From: Octopus vulgaris
Taxonomy: Eukaryota
Assembly: GCA_951406725.2 (NCBI GenBank)
Contig: OX597818.1
Coordinates: 39,804,001 to 39,868,000 of the forward strand
Reading direction: 5' to 3'
Length of the DNA: 64,000 nucleotides
The translations under genes were made by a program, and so were the position numbers. The notes beneath the pieces were generated by a model. It was not told the origin of the DNA. It made no database searches and saw only the letters and a list, made by a program, of their open reading frames with translations. This document shows positions 50,859-64,000 of this stretch, in pieces; the first letter of the stretch is position 1, and every line of letters starts with the position of its first letter.

Positions 50859-50920
<62 letters not shown>

Positions 50921-51252
50921 TAAATTAGAGATAAAACCACAAATTAGGCAAATCATACAATGAAAAACTTAAGCCAATACATAAGATTATTTAATTTATA
51001 TTATTTAAATATGTGGTTAGAGAGCTTGCTTTCTAGCTACATGGTTTCGGGTTCAGTCCCACTGCGTGGCACTTTGGGTAAGTGTCTTTCACTATAGCCC
51101 CGAGCTGACCGGAGCTTTGTGATTGAATTCGGTAGGTGGAAGTAACTGCCGTGTGTGCATATGTGCGTGTAGGTGCTTGTGCCTCTCCCAAAGAGAGAGA
51201 GGGATAACAAAATTATTAAAAAAATATAATTATTCCCTAATATTTATCCTTA

Positions 51253-51299
<47 letters not shown>

Positions 51300-51418
51300 T
51301 GTATGTATGTATGTATGTATGTATGTATGTATGTGTGTGTGTATGTATGTATGTATGTGAGTGTGTGTGTATGTATGTATGTATGTATGTATATTTGTAT
51401 GTATGCATGTATGTATGC

Positions 51419-51462
<44 letters not shown>

Positions 51463-51567
51463 GTATATTGGTGCTGTATGAACATTTAATGTGGTTTTAG
51501 AGTCAAGTTTTGATTGTTATTTCCAGCATGGAGTTATCTCTTAGATACCCTAAATTATAATTTTAAA

Positions 51568-51603
<36 letters not shown>

Positions 51604-51864
51604 TGTATCTATGAGTGTGTATCTTTGTGTCTGTGTTTGCCCCATCCACCCACCACTTGACAACAGGTGTTGGTGTATTTACGTCCCAGTAATTTAGCAG
51701 TTTGGCAAAAGAGTCTGATAGAATAAGTACCAAGCTTAAAAAATCAGTCCTGGGGTCAATTTGCTCACCTAAAACCCTTCAAGGTGGTGCCCCAGGATGG
51801 TCGTAGTCAAATGACAGACACAAGTAAAAAGTGAAAGATAACTGGTTATTAGCTTCACTAGTAT

Positions 51865-52380
51865 TCATCATCATCATCATCGTTTAACGTCCGCTTTCCA
51901 TGCTGGCATGGGTTGGACAGTTTGACTGAGGACTGGCGAGCCAGATGGCTGCACCAAGGCTCCAGTCTGATCTGGCAGAGTTTCTACAGCTGGATGCCCT
52001 TCCTAATGCCGACCACTCCGAGAGTGTAGTGGGTGCTTTTACATGTCACCGGCACAAATGTCAGTCAGGTGGTACTGGCGACGGCCACACTCAAATGGTG
52101 TTTTTTATGTGCCACTCGGACAGGAGCCAGTCCAGCGGCACTGTCAACGGCCTCGCTCAAATGTAGTTTTTCACATGCCACCAGCACAAGTACCTGTAAA
52201 GCGACACTGGTAATGATCACGTTCGAATGGTGCTTTTTATGTGCCACCGGCACAGGAGCCAGTCAGCAGCCCTGGCAATGATCATTCTCAGATGGTGCTT
52301 TTAATGTTCCACTGGTACGGGTGGCAGTCAGGCGGTGCTGTCATTGGCCATGTCAGTGAATTTAATTTTGATTGTGATTT
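51865..52380 (-). mobile_element. RTE LINE 3'-end fragment
   Basis: (CAT)n tail and about 5 diverged UTR units. SINE A pieces lie at 51012-51180 and 51610-51840. Confidence 0.85.
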
Positions 52381-52798
52381 CTATTATTAAAATCTGATTT
52401 CATTAATTTTTTCCTTTTTGCTTGATTGTATTTCAGCCTTACACTGTTCCCGGGAGTCTTAGGCAAATGTATTTGATAGAAACCACGGTAAACATTATAA
52501 TTACTATCATTGTTATTGTTGTATTGTTTATTAACTTTGATAAAAGATCCAGAAAGAAATATAACAAAATCAATATGCTTGATAGAATACCACTACCATC
52601 AACGCTACTGAAAACCCAAACAATGAGATGGTAAGGTGGTTTAATTGTTGGTTGGCAAAGAGTTTAGTCTACAGATATTAATATATCAAGGAAAAACTTT
52701 TAGTTGTCCTGAAACAATACTAAGTTAGTTATTGAAATATACTCATAATCACACATGTACACAAAGCATATGCATTCATGCACATACATATATTCACA

Positions 52799-52801
<3 letters not shown>

Positions 52802-52863
<62 letters not shown>

Positions 52864-53207
52864 CTCTTTCTTTTTCGGTGTCTTTCTTTTTTATTGTCTT
52901 TCTTTCTTGCTTTCTCATTGTCACTCTTTCTTTCTCTCTCTTTCTCTTTCATTGTCTCTCTTTCCCTTCTTGTCTCTTTCTTTTTCATTGTCTTTCTTTC
53001 TTGCTTTCTCATTGTCACTCTTTCTCTCTCTCTTTCTTTCTCTTTCATTGTCTCTCTTTCTCCTTGTTTTCTTATTGTTTCTCTTTCCCTCTTTCCTTCC
53101 TCTCTCTTCCTCCCTTCCTCACTCTCTCCCCTCCTCTCTCTCTCTTGTCATACATCCACCTACGCACAAACACACACACATGTGCAAGCATATGTTTATG
53201 TGTGTCC

Positions 53208-53240
<33 letters not shown>

Positions 53241-53310
53241 TGTATGTATGTATGTATGTATGTATGTATGTATGTATGTATGTATGTATGTATGTATGTA
53301 TGTATGTATA
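52802..53310. repeat. (CT)n, pyrimidine-rich ~96-bp duplication and (TATG)n
   Basis: Direct reading. Confidence 0.92.
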
Positions 53311-56300
53311 GAGAGACAAATAGGTAGATGGATGTATGTATGCATGTTCATATTATATGTTTAAACATGAGAGTGGGAATGTGTGTGTTTGCATGCATGT
53401 ACGTGCATGTGCCTACAATGTTTTAACGATAACATCAACAAACAATCAACTAGCAACAGTAATTCACAGAAGCAATCGAGTAGAAATCATTCTTTCCCGT
53501 ACATAATAACACCGGTGTATCGAACATGCCCAGTGGCTGTAACTAAATGGAGTGAATTTCAAATAATATTTTTCCAAAGCTCGTGGCGTGTCCTTGAACA
53601 AAATGCATGCCTCACCTTACTTAGATAAAAAGATACTTTCTATCAAGGTTTTCCCAATATCAAATGAATGTGCTAACTGATCCGATGTAGATAAATGATT
53701 ATAGATCTGTCATCCATAAACACAGCAAATGTTTAGTTGTTTACGTAAGAAATTGCACGTATAACCAACTGCCCTAAATATCAAGGACAAAAGCAAGGAT
53801 TTTCTGAAAGAATTATCTGTGATCCCTAGTGTAGCTAGAGGGTGCACTGCCCAGGATGGCCCTTCTGTTTGCCACTCCTGAACTCTGCAAAAAAAACATA
53901 TTGCCTATGTGTTTGTAGGCAATAACCTACAACAGAATGAAAAGTACCACCCACGACAGACTGCCCCTACTCCTGCCTAGCTATGGTAGTGTCTGTGATA
54001 GGCTGCCCTTTCCCCTATTGAGTGAGAGTATAAACAATTCATAAAGGTATTATATTGTTGTCAACCCCTACATAAGACAAAATGTCTAATATAGGAGTTG
54101 ACAACAGAGGATCTATAGTCCACAAACAGGCCTCTGAAGTGGTCTCTATAGGCCATGGGCCTTGGACTTTCTCTAAAAAGTTCTCATAATTAATGTATTT
54201 GTGGGCTATTGTGAAGTTGATAGCTTTTATATAGTACAAGCAAAACGCCCCACCCTCACCCTGTCCAATGGCTGGTGCTGAGTTGTCAAACATTTAAACC
54301 AAATTTTCTCAAAACAACTTGTCCGACATAGGCCTCCCCTTTGAGAAAAGCAGGGAGTGCTTTTTTGTGACCACCGAATAGTCTTTCCTTCCTTCATGCC
54401 AAGTTTGAAGAAAATATCTCTTTTGCATCTTTCTTTTTTGGTCTCTTAAATATACTGCATTTTGTGGCATTATTTCAAGCCAGCCGGCTTTTTTTGCACA
54501 AACTGCACGTGCATTTTTCTCGCATATGCGTAGTATCAATCACAACAGCTGATATACTTGCACGTACAAATGCACATTTCCACGGCTTTATCGATCACAT
54601 TCTCACCTGGAATCAATTTTTGTAATTTTTTCAAGACTTATATATGCCCTGATACCGTCGGTATCTACATATCAAATTTGAGCACAATCGGATGGAGGAT
54701 GCCCGAGATCCTAGAAGACACACACAGACAGACAGAACGGATTTTATATAATACATTTCCGATCAGACACAGTTTTATCTTTAATCTGTTTAGTTACAGT
54801 TTAATTTTCTAGTCTCCTGCCCTCTCAAGCTTACTCCTGAGACACAGAGCCTCTTTGTCCCTAGAATAGCGGGGACTGGTTCATGTAACATCAGGGCATA
54901 TCTACACACCTGTGATCTTGTGTGACCCATGTTTAGAGATCAGCATTCCACCAAGTCCTATCTGCTTTAAAATCACAGGACCATCTACTTTTTTCCCTAT
55001 AACTGGGGCCTTTCATAGGTACTACCTCCATGGATCTGGGATCAGTGATGACTAAATAGTAATCCAGTGGCCCCACCACTTAGTCTTTTGAATAAACAAT
55101 TTCTTAATTATTCAATTTTTTCATGACATGTGATTCAGTCAACACAGTGCTTAGCAAAGCATCAGTACTGATTAGATTTACAGTATCCATAAGATGAGGG
55201 TGGATGTAAGGTAACTGGTATCTATTGCTTCACCCCTATCATACAACCTTTACAAGCACAATAACAACCACTGAATTAATCTAGGGTTTAATCACTTTGC
55301 CAGATTATTTCAAATATTAAAAAAATATTAGATGTTGCTGAATAGGAATTTGAAGTTAAAATCCCAAATTCAATTTTAACGATTTTTATCATCTTATTTT
55401 AATGAAAACTGATAGACTCATTATCATATTATACTCAAGACTGGCACTAAATCACTATACTACAGTCTAAATTAACAGTATGCTTCTATGCTAGACTCTA
55501 GATTTTTTAATAGCTGAATCAGGGTTGAGAAAAAAATCCATGACCCTTTTCAGGATCTCTGAATATGGTGTCAAGAGAAGAAGTTATTCACAGACCAGAA
55601 TGTTTGCAACAGAGTGGATTCCACTAAAGGCAACAAAGAGTCAGGTGCTTGTATTAAATGGGATGACAGTCTAATACAAACTAGAGGGTAAGTCTACTCC
55701 CCCAAAATGAAGAAATATCCACTTATTGCTTTCCATGACGTTTCATTTACAAAATTTCACTGGAGGCTTTGATCGACTGGAGGCTATGATAGAAGATGTC
55801 GCACAGCAGAAGCAAAACTAAAGCCATGTAGTTGTAGAGAGAATTTTTTAGCCATGCAGTCATCTCCACAACCATAGATTGGCTCAATACAATTGTATTT
55901 GATTTATAAGCTATAACAGTACTTTATAAGGTAGCTCTTCAAAGTAGTTATGGATCCTCTCGTACAGCCCTGCATTTAGCCATAATTATTCTATTTTGTC
56001 ACCTTTCTGCTTCTTGTCACTTCATCATGTTTCCATATCATATCAAGAAATAGCTTTGTCATATCATCATCGAAGCGTCTATGTGGTCAACTATCTTCCA
56101 AACATAACAGTCAAATCTTTCTCAGATAACGCATAACATCTTGAAACATGAAGGGCACATTCAAGAATGTGATTCTGATATACAAAAAGTGAGGTGGCTA
56201 TGGCTGGAATGTCTTTCAAAGCATATCTGCTCAATTAGGATTTATTTGGAGTTTAACAACAACAAATTTCTTTCCAAAAATGTCCATCAATTGCTAATCT

Positions 56301-56439
56301 TCAGCATTTTACACAAAATTAAATGAACATAATAAACCATTGAGCCACTCTCTGAATTCCCATATCTAATGATGTGCAGACTAATTTACTTAGTCCTGGG
56401 GACATAAACAAACCAAAGACGGACATAACATCATCATCC

Positions 56440-56990
56440 GGTCCGGCTTGCTTGGACGTTTTTAACCCATGCACACTATCCATCACCATCTGCATTAGTT
56501 AAAGGAGGTCTCCAGGGAGCATTTAGTGTCTTTGGTGAGTTGGTCTATACATGTTGTGTTCAGATGATCTATTCAAGTACATCCAGCTCTTGTTTAGCTC
56601 ACCATCAATGTCCTGCAATGCCCAAGTGCTTTTCCTTCATAATAGTGGAAACAGGCATGAGATCTCCATACATCTGTTCCTTGGTTGGATGAGTTTTCCA
56701 ATATATGTTTAAGATTGCTTTTAACATTCAGGTGTAAGTTGTATCTAGATTAGATTCCAGTTTTTTGGTATGGATCAAGGCTGTTATTCCATATAAAAGG
56801 ACTGACTCTAGTATTGCATGGAAAGAATTCTTCTTAAGGTTGTCTGACAGGGTTGTTTTCCTAACAATATCCAGTTTGTTCAGGGCCAACCATGCTTTTT
56901 GCCATTCAAGGTTTTACATCTTCTTTCATTTGAGATAATCTCAGAACCAAAGTATGTGAAATCATCAACTTGATTGATTGGCTCTTTTCT
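56440..56990 (-). mobile_element. Old RTE-like LINE RT C-terminal remnant (different family)
   Basis: Minus-strand peptides EPINQVDDFTYFGSEII and ILESVLLYG, heavily decayed. Confidence 0.7.
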
Positions 56991-57391
56991 GATGTGATGA
57001 TGGATCCTTTTTGATTGTGAGCAATGATCTGATGTTGTGATTGGATCCTTTTTGACTGTGAGCAATGATCTGATGTTGTGATGGATGCTTTATGATTGTG
57101 AGCAATGATCTGATGTTGTGATAGATCCTTTTTGATTGTGAGCAATGATCTGATGTTGTGATGGATCCTTTTTGACTGCAAGTAATGATCTGATGTTGTG
57201 ATGGATCCTTTTTGATTGTGAGCAATGATCTGATGTTGTGATGGATCCTTTTTGACTGTGAGCAATGATCTGATGTTGTGATTGATCCTTTTTGATTGTG
57301 AGCAATGATCTGATGTTGTGGTGGATCCTTTTTGATTGTGAGCAATGATCTGATGTTGTGATGGATCCTTTTTGATTGTGAACAATGATCT
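56990..57391. repeat. 40-bp minisatellite, ~10 copies
   Basis: Unit GATGTTGTGATGGATCCTTTTTGATTGTGAGCAATGATCT. Confidence 0.96.
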
Positions 57392-57521
57392 TTGTTTTGC
57401 TAGGATTAAAAAGCAGTCAAACATTTTGTGCAGATAATTCTGGACTATGACATAATTGGATGGACCCACACAGATAGACATATATCTTATAGCTTTTATC
57501 TTCTATTTGTTTCAATCAATA

Positions 57522-57725
57522 ATTTAGAATTTGGAATGGAGAAAGTGTTCACGTGTGCACAGTAGTGGTGCTTGAAATCTACAGTGCAGCCAATATATAC
57601 CCTTGCTTGGTGGGAACATGGTGTTATAACACAGCATTTGTAAACTACATGCTTTTACACTGACAGGAGCCTCCAAGAGGGCATGGTTGAGAAACCTAAC
57701 AATTGCAAGTTTTCCTACTTGCTCC
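57522..57725 (-). mobile_element. PLE GIY-YIG endonuclease remnant (Naiad-like CxC-x5-CPLxGxC linker)
   Basis: Minus strand SRKTCNC*VSQPCPLGGSCQ, then after a frameshift VVYKCCVITPCSHQARVYIGCTVDFKHHYCAHVNTF. Confidence 0.78.
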
Positions 57726-58828
57726 TTGGTTGGAGTTTACTGCTAGTGAGGTTGAGCTCCATCAGTTCATTGTTAGTGGGGGAGAACCTGAAGCGCAATC
57801 TGCATTTGTATTGGATTGGGAGGTAGTATTGCAGCTAATATTTGTTGTCACTTAGGTAGAATTGTGGACTGATGGCTTGAGTCTAGTATTATTTAACTGA
57901 TTGGGGCTACTAAAGGTTGTGTTATTGCTACTGTGTTGGCTAATTTGGGGTACAGTGTGAGAGATTAGGTATTCTGAGGACTGGTGTTAGAGTTAGCATG
58001 CTAGCCATTCTGTCAACTCCCTACTTTTCATTCCATTAAATATTTACACCAGGGATGTAACAACAAAGGATCAATCCTGCAGGATGGGTTTATGGAACTA
58101 TAAGAACATCAGACCAGATGCCTGACAGTATTTGTTTCATAGCTTTGTGTTCTGGGTTCAAATCCCTCTGTGGCCTACTTTGATGGTAAACCCTAATCCA
58201 TCACTCATTGCTGTCTTTAGTACAGTCTCATCGGTTGCAAGCACTTAGTTCAGGTCCCTGATTTGAAGATACCTTCCTTCATTCCCCTCACCATTCTTGG
58301 AGGCCCCATAAAAGGTCATAGGTACTGCCTTAGTGAGATATCACCAAACAATAAAAAAAGTGTTAGTAAAAACTTTACTGTGTGAAGCAGGAATGGGATA
58401 TCTTTTTAGCATCAAGTGCGTAAGATCCTGTGGGAACACATCTAATTAAACAAAACAATGATCTTTAATTGTAAGAATTCGTATGAATAATGCAACTTAT
58501 ATTAATTAAGTTACGACTTTGATACAAAAGCTTATAAGTTTATTTTATATACAGGTTTTTTTTAAAAACTTTTTAGAGACCTTGTCAGCTGGAAGTTTTC
58601 AGATTTGAATACATATGAAGGGTCCACTACTTCTAGTTGGTCAAAAGAGTTCACGGTATGGTACTGAAACCTTGATAAATCAATTTAACTCCTGCTGCTT
58701 GAGTGATTAACTGCAAATAGACTCGAGAGGAGGTGGTTTCAGTTCATTGCTTAAAAAGTGTCTAGAGATTTATAATTGATGAATGTCATCATTGCCGTTG
58801 TTGTCATCATCGTCGTCATCACCATCAA

Positions 58829-58864
<36 letters not shown>

Positions 58865-59013
58865 TCTTATCATCATTTTTATGTCCTTTTTTATCCATAC
58901 TTCTATGGCTTGGATGAGATCGAAAGTTGAATTTAAAATTCATAATTTTATGTGATCAACAGCCTTTCACATGTATATGCATGCTTTTGTTGTCGTCGTT
59001 GTCATCATCGTTG

Positions 59014-59050
<37 letters not shown>

Positions 59051-59837
59051 TTCTGCATCCACTTCCATGCTGGCATGTGTTAGACAAGTCATCACAGTTC
59101 TGAGTTGCCTCCCTTTAAGAGCTACTGCTTCCAAAGACTAAGTGCTTATGTGTATAATTTTATTTTGTTTTTACAGCTGGATGCCCTTCCTAATGCCAGC
59201 CACTTTACAGAGCATACTGGGTGCATTTTCTTATGGCATTTACACTTGTGAGGTTCAATAGTCCTTGATGAAACAGAGCTATAAGGATCTTGTAATCCTA
59301 CACTTTCTTTATTCATTTAACCAATCATTTAACACTGTGAAAAGAAGGTGGGATGGACACAATAAACATAGATTTGGAAAGAGAATGTGGTTATTTGAAG
59401 GATAAGGATAGGAGAATAAATTTGAAGGATGAGGATAGGAAAATAAATACAGAATGCTCAGTAAATTAGAGTGTGTACATTTGCCTGGATGACAAAGGAG
59501 GGGAACAGGAGTGTAACAAAAGAAAGAACGATGGCATAAAAAAAAAAAATAGAATGGACAAGGAGAGGGGAAATAATAAGCAAAGGTAGAGGTTGGTCTT
59601 GAAATAAAGGTGGGATAAGTGAGGGGTGATAACAGAAGTGGTTCAGATGGACCAGAGACTTTTCTGCTTTCATATGTTTATTTGCTTCATCCATCATACT
59701 GCTACTGCTGTTGGGCAAATGCTGGGAAAACCTGCTTTCTTTAACGCATTTTTCATATCTAATAGCCTTTCATATTAGCATTACCTTGCCTCTTTCATTT
59801 CAGGATCACTAGGTCCAGGGGAAGCATTATCAATCTA

Positions 59838-60280
59838 GGACCATTCGAGTGTGATCGTTACCAGCGTCACCTTACTGGCACTCGAGCCCCGTGCTTGTAG
59901 GGTATTAAGAGCACCATCCAAGTGTGATCATTGCCAGAGCAGCAATCTAGCCTCTGTGCCGGTGGCACGTAAAAGACACTATTTGAGCATGATCATTACC
60001 AGCATCGCTTTACTGGCACCTGTGCCGGTGGCATGTGTAAAAGATTTGAGTGAGGTCGTTGCCAGTACCTTCTGACTGGCCCCATGCCGGTGGCATGTAA
60101 AAGCACCCACTACACTCTCAGAGTGATTGGCGTTAGGAAAAGCATCCAGCTGTAGAGAATCTGCCAGATCAAGATTGAAGCCTGGTGCAGCCATCTGGTT
60201 CGCCAGTCCACAGTCAAATTGTCCAACCCATGCTAGCATGGAAAGTGGACGTTAAACGATGATGATGATGATGATGATGA
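59838..60280 (+). mobile_element. RTE LINE 3'-end fragment
   Basis: UTR units, then GGAAAGTGGACGTTAAAC(GAT)n. Confidence 0.87.
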
Positions 60281-60542
60281 ATGCTTCTCGCCAACAATGT
60301 CTCAATTCTCTCTGATACACTGCTTTGCAATCCAAGGCACTTCATTCCTCTGATCTTCAAGAACATTGGTAAACCTCTCAAATTCTACTTCTCCCCTAGT
60401 TGAGTACACCAGTCACCTAGCTTCTATTCTAGCTATAGAATATCATACATATATTACTGTAGCACATAATACATATATTCTAACAATCTTGGCAGTAATA
60501 CCTGATGAACAAAAGGTTTTTTGTTTTTTTTTTACTTTCATA

Positions 60543-60950
60543 TCTTTTACTCTCTTTTACTTGTTTCAGTCATGTGACTGTGGCCATGCTGGAGCACTGC
60601 CTTTAGTTGAGCAAATGGACCCCAGGACTTATTCTTTGTAAGCCTAGTACTTATTCTATTGGTCTCTTTTTGCCAAACTGCTAGGTTACAGGGACATAAA
60701 CACACCAGCATCGGTTGTCAAGCAATGTTGGGGGGACAAACACAGACACACAAACACACACACACACACACATATATATACATATATACGACAGCCTTCT
60801 TTCAGTTTCCGTCTACCAAATTCACTCACAAGGCTTTGATCGGCCCGAGGCTATAGTAGACACTTGCCCAAGGTGCCATGCAGTAGGATTGAACCCGGAA
60901 CCATGTGGTTCATAAGCAAGCTACTTACCACACAGCCACCCCTACGCCTA
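60543..60950 (-). mobile_element. SINE family A, full length
   Basis: Reverse-complement match to the family consensus. Confidence 0.9.
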
Positions 60951-61836
60951 CAACTTTATTTACTTTATCTGCCATACTGCTGTCTACTTGAATGGCTCAT
61001 CTTTCTGTTGGGTCCATGCTGGGTAGACCTTCCTTCACCAAACATTTACTGTAGTACATCATACATATTAATATGTTTTAAATTTCAGTATTAATTTCAA
61101 ATCCTCCTAAGGGTCTAGAGAAAACTTTCCCTGTGAAATCAATAGAAACTAATCAATGACTGTTGGATATTTCCTAGTAGGAAAATCAAATCAATTATAT
61201 TTGCTGGAAATAAAATATTGATTTCTTATTTCACCCACTTCATCTTTGTCATCAATGGAATTGATTTTTATACATGCATAGTTGCTGTTTCCCATGTTGA
61301 TGTTGTTGAGAACAAACAAGCTTTTGATCAGGGTCACAATGACCATCCTATCTTTTTTTGATATAATACACCTAGTATTACATTGTCCAATGTGTCCTTC
61401 CCTTAAAGATATGGTGTAGTTTGAGAGAGTTTTAGCTGCTATTTCAAGCAAATTGAGCAAACACTCAGAGGCTTCCTTGTATTTGCCTTGTAATTAACTA
61501 TTGCTGTTTAACCCTATGTCAACCCTGATCAAACAGACCCATAATTAAATGCATTTCAGCAATGACCCACTTGTTTTTGTTAAGGGTATGCAACACTACA
61601 TCGTATAATTGCTTCTAATTTAGAGACAGGTGCAAGCATGGCTGTGTGACTAGTTAAGGACGTTGCTTTGCAACCACATTGTTTCAGGTTCAGTCCCACC
61701 TTGGGTAGTGACTACCCAAGTTGTTGCACCTTGGATAGATGACTATAGCCTTGAGCTGAAAAATGCCTTGTGAGTGAACTTGATAGACAGAAACTGTATG
61801 AAAACTCATATATATAGATATATATGTATATATGTA

Positions 61837-61899
<63 letters not shown>

Positions 61900-62202
61900 G
61901 TATATATGTATGTATGCATGCATGCATGTATGTATGTATTTATGTATGTATCATCATCATCATCATTTAACAACCATTGTCCATGCTGGCATGGGTTGGA
62001 CAGTTTGACCAGGGCTGGTAAGCTGAGGGGCTCACCAGACTTCAATCTGATTTTGCATGGTTTCTACAGCTGGATACTCTTCCTGACACCAACCACTTAT
62101 ATTCAAATCAATATAATATTAAATTCTTATTCCTACAGCCGTTTCCATACCCAATTAGTTCAATTACATCAATGCAAAAATAAAGTATTTAGCTTTCACT
62201 GA

Positions 62203-63066
62203 ATCATCATCATCATTGTTTAACGTCTGCTTTCTATGCTAGCATGGGTTGGATGATTTGACTGAGGACTGGCCAACCAGATGGCTGCATCAGGTTCCAA
62301 TCTTGATCTGGCACAGTTTCTACAGCTGGATGCCCTTCCTAACACCAACCACTCCGAGAGTGTAGTGGGTGCTTTTATGTGCCACCAGCACAAAGGCCAG
62401 TCAGGCAGCACTGGCAATGGCCATGCTCAAATGGTGTTTTTTACATGCCACTTGCACAGGAGCCAGTCCAGCAGCACTGGCAACAACATCACTCGAATGT
62501 TTTTTCACGTGTCACTGGCACAAGTGCCAGTAAGGCAAAGCTGGTAATGATCACGCTTGAATGGTGCTTTTTACATGCCACCAGCACAGAAGCCAGTTAG
62601 CTGCTCTGGCAACAATCATGATCAGATGGTTCTCTTAGTGCTCCACTAGCATGGATGCCAGTCATCGAATTTGATTTCGATTTCACTTGCCTTAACAGGT
62701 CTTCGCAAGCAGAGTTTAGTGTCCAATGAAGGAAAGGTATGCATAAGTGGGCTGGTTACACCCCTGGCATAGGCCACGATATTATGGTCTCACTTGGCTT
62801 GCCGGGTCTTCTCAAGCACAGCATATTTCCAAAGGTCTCGATCACTAGACATTGCCTCGGTGAGGCCTAATGTTCGAAGGTCGTGCTTCACTACTTCATC
62901 CCAGGTCTTCCTGGGTCTACATCTTCCACAGGTTCCCTCAACCGCTAGTGTGTGACACTTTTACACGCAGCTATCCTCAACCATTCTTGCCACATGACCA
63001 TACCAGCACAGTCATCTCTCTTGCACACCACATCTGATGCTTCTTAGGTTCAACTTTTCTCTTAAG
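62203..63066 (-). mobile_element. RTE LINE 3' fragment including ~90 C-terminal RT codons
   Basis: 62790-63066 aligns with 45225-45500; the UTR and (CAT)n tail lie to the left. Confidence 0.9.
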
Positions 63067-63183
63067 ATGGTGGTGGTGGTGACGGCAGTGGCGGCGGCGG
63101 TAGTGGTGGTGGTAGTAGTAGTATTTGTTGTTGTTGTTCTTCTTCTTGTTCTTGTTCTTCTTGTTGTTGTTGTTGTTGTTGTT

Positions 63184-63227
<44 letters not shown>

Positions 63228-63659
63228 TACAATAACAATAATCTTATCTGCGGAGGGATGAGAAAATGGATTAAAAAGACAAAAATAGTATTAATAAAGG
63301 ATATGTCCATGTATGTGTGTGAACAGACATAATTGCTACCATGGCAGATCAAAAACTCTTAACAGTTTTTCTTCCGGCTCTTTATGTTCTGAATTCAAAT
63401 TCCACCGAGGTCAGTTTTTCTTTTTAGGTGCAAGGGAAGGTTGTGTAGTAAGAACTGTGATTCCTAACCACATGGTTCTGGGTTCAGTCTCACTGAATGC
63501 TACCTCTTCTACTATCACTTTAGGCCAAGCAAAACCTGGTGAATGGATTTGGTAAATGGAGACTAAAAGAAGTATGTTATGTGCATGTGTGTGTGTGTAT
63601 GTGTGTGTGTGCATGTGTGTGTGTGTGTGCCTGTGCGTGTGTATTTATATATATATATA

Positions 63660-63988
63660 CTTTTTTACATGTTTCAGTCGTTTGACTGTGGCCATGCTGG
63701 AGCACCCCAGGACTTTGTAAGCCTAGTACTTATTCTATCGGTCTCTTTTGCCGAACCGCTAAGTTATGGGGACGTAAACACACCAGCATCAGTTGTCAAG
63801 CGAGATATATATATATATATATACAACAGGTTTCCTTCAGTTTCAGTCTACCAAATCCACTCACAAGGCTTTGGTCGGCTCGAGGGTATAGTAGAAGACA
63901 CTTGCCCAAGGTGCCACACAGTGGGACTGAACCCGGAACCATGTGGTTGGTAAGCAAGCTACTTACTACACAGCCACTCCTACGCCTA
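63660..63988 (-). mobile_element. SINE family A (internally deleted)
   Basis: Reverse-complement match with an intact head; a decayed plus-strand head lies at 63425-63570. Confidence 0.88.
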
Positions 63989-64000
63989 TATATATATATA

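Overview
AT-rich, extremely repeat-dense eukaryotic DNA, either intronic or intergenic. It is most likely from an octopus (coleoid cephalopod); this is an inference from the recognisable SINE/RTE families and the (TA)n, (TATG)n, (CAT)n and (AGAT)n load. I cannot support any host protein-coding exon, and almost all ORFs in the track are microsatellite or SINE artefacts. The only long genuine ORF is a 5'-truncated but uninterrupted RTE-clade reverse transcriptase (45224-47032, minus strand). It carries a PHD-like C4HC3 finger and a 3' UTR with an expandable ~61-bp hairpin repeat, and it has inserted into the middle of a SINE. The rest is a nested mosaic: at least four tRNA-derived SINE families, many RTE 3' ends, CR1 and R4/Dong fragments, mariner/Tc1, hAT and Helitron remnants, foldback elements, and Penelope-like element (PLE) debris of two types. 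The most notable signal not shown by the ORF track is a set of minimal hammerhead-ribozyme motifs, mostly in short (TA)n-abutting modules and PLE 3' ends. There are four near-identical copies plus several unrelated variants, one with a compensatory U3-A8 core, and they often lie beside long perfect palindromes. All calls are by-eye; no searches or folding programs were run.
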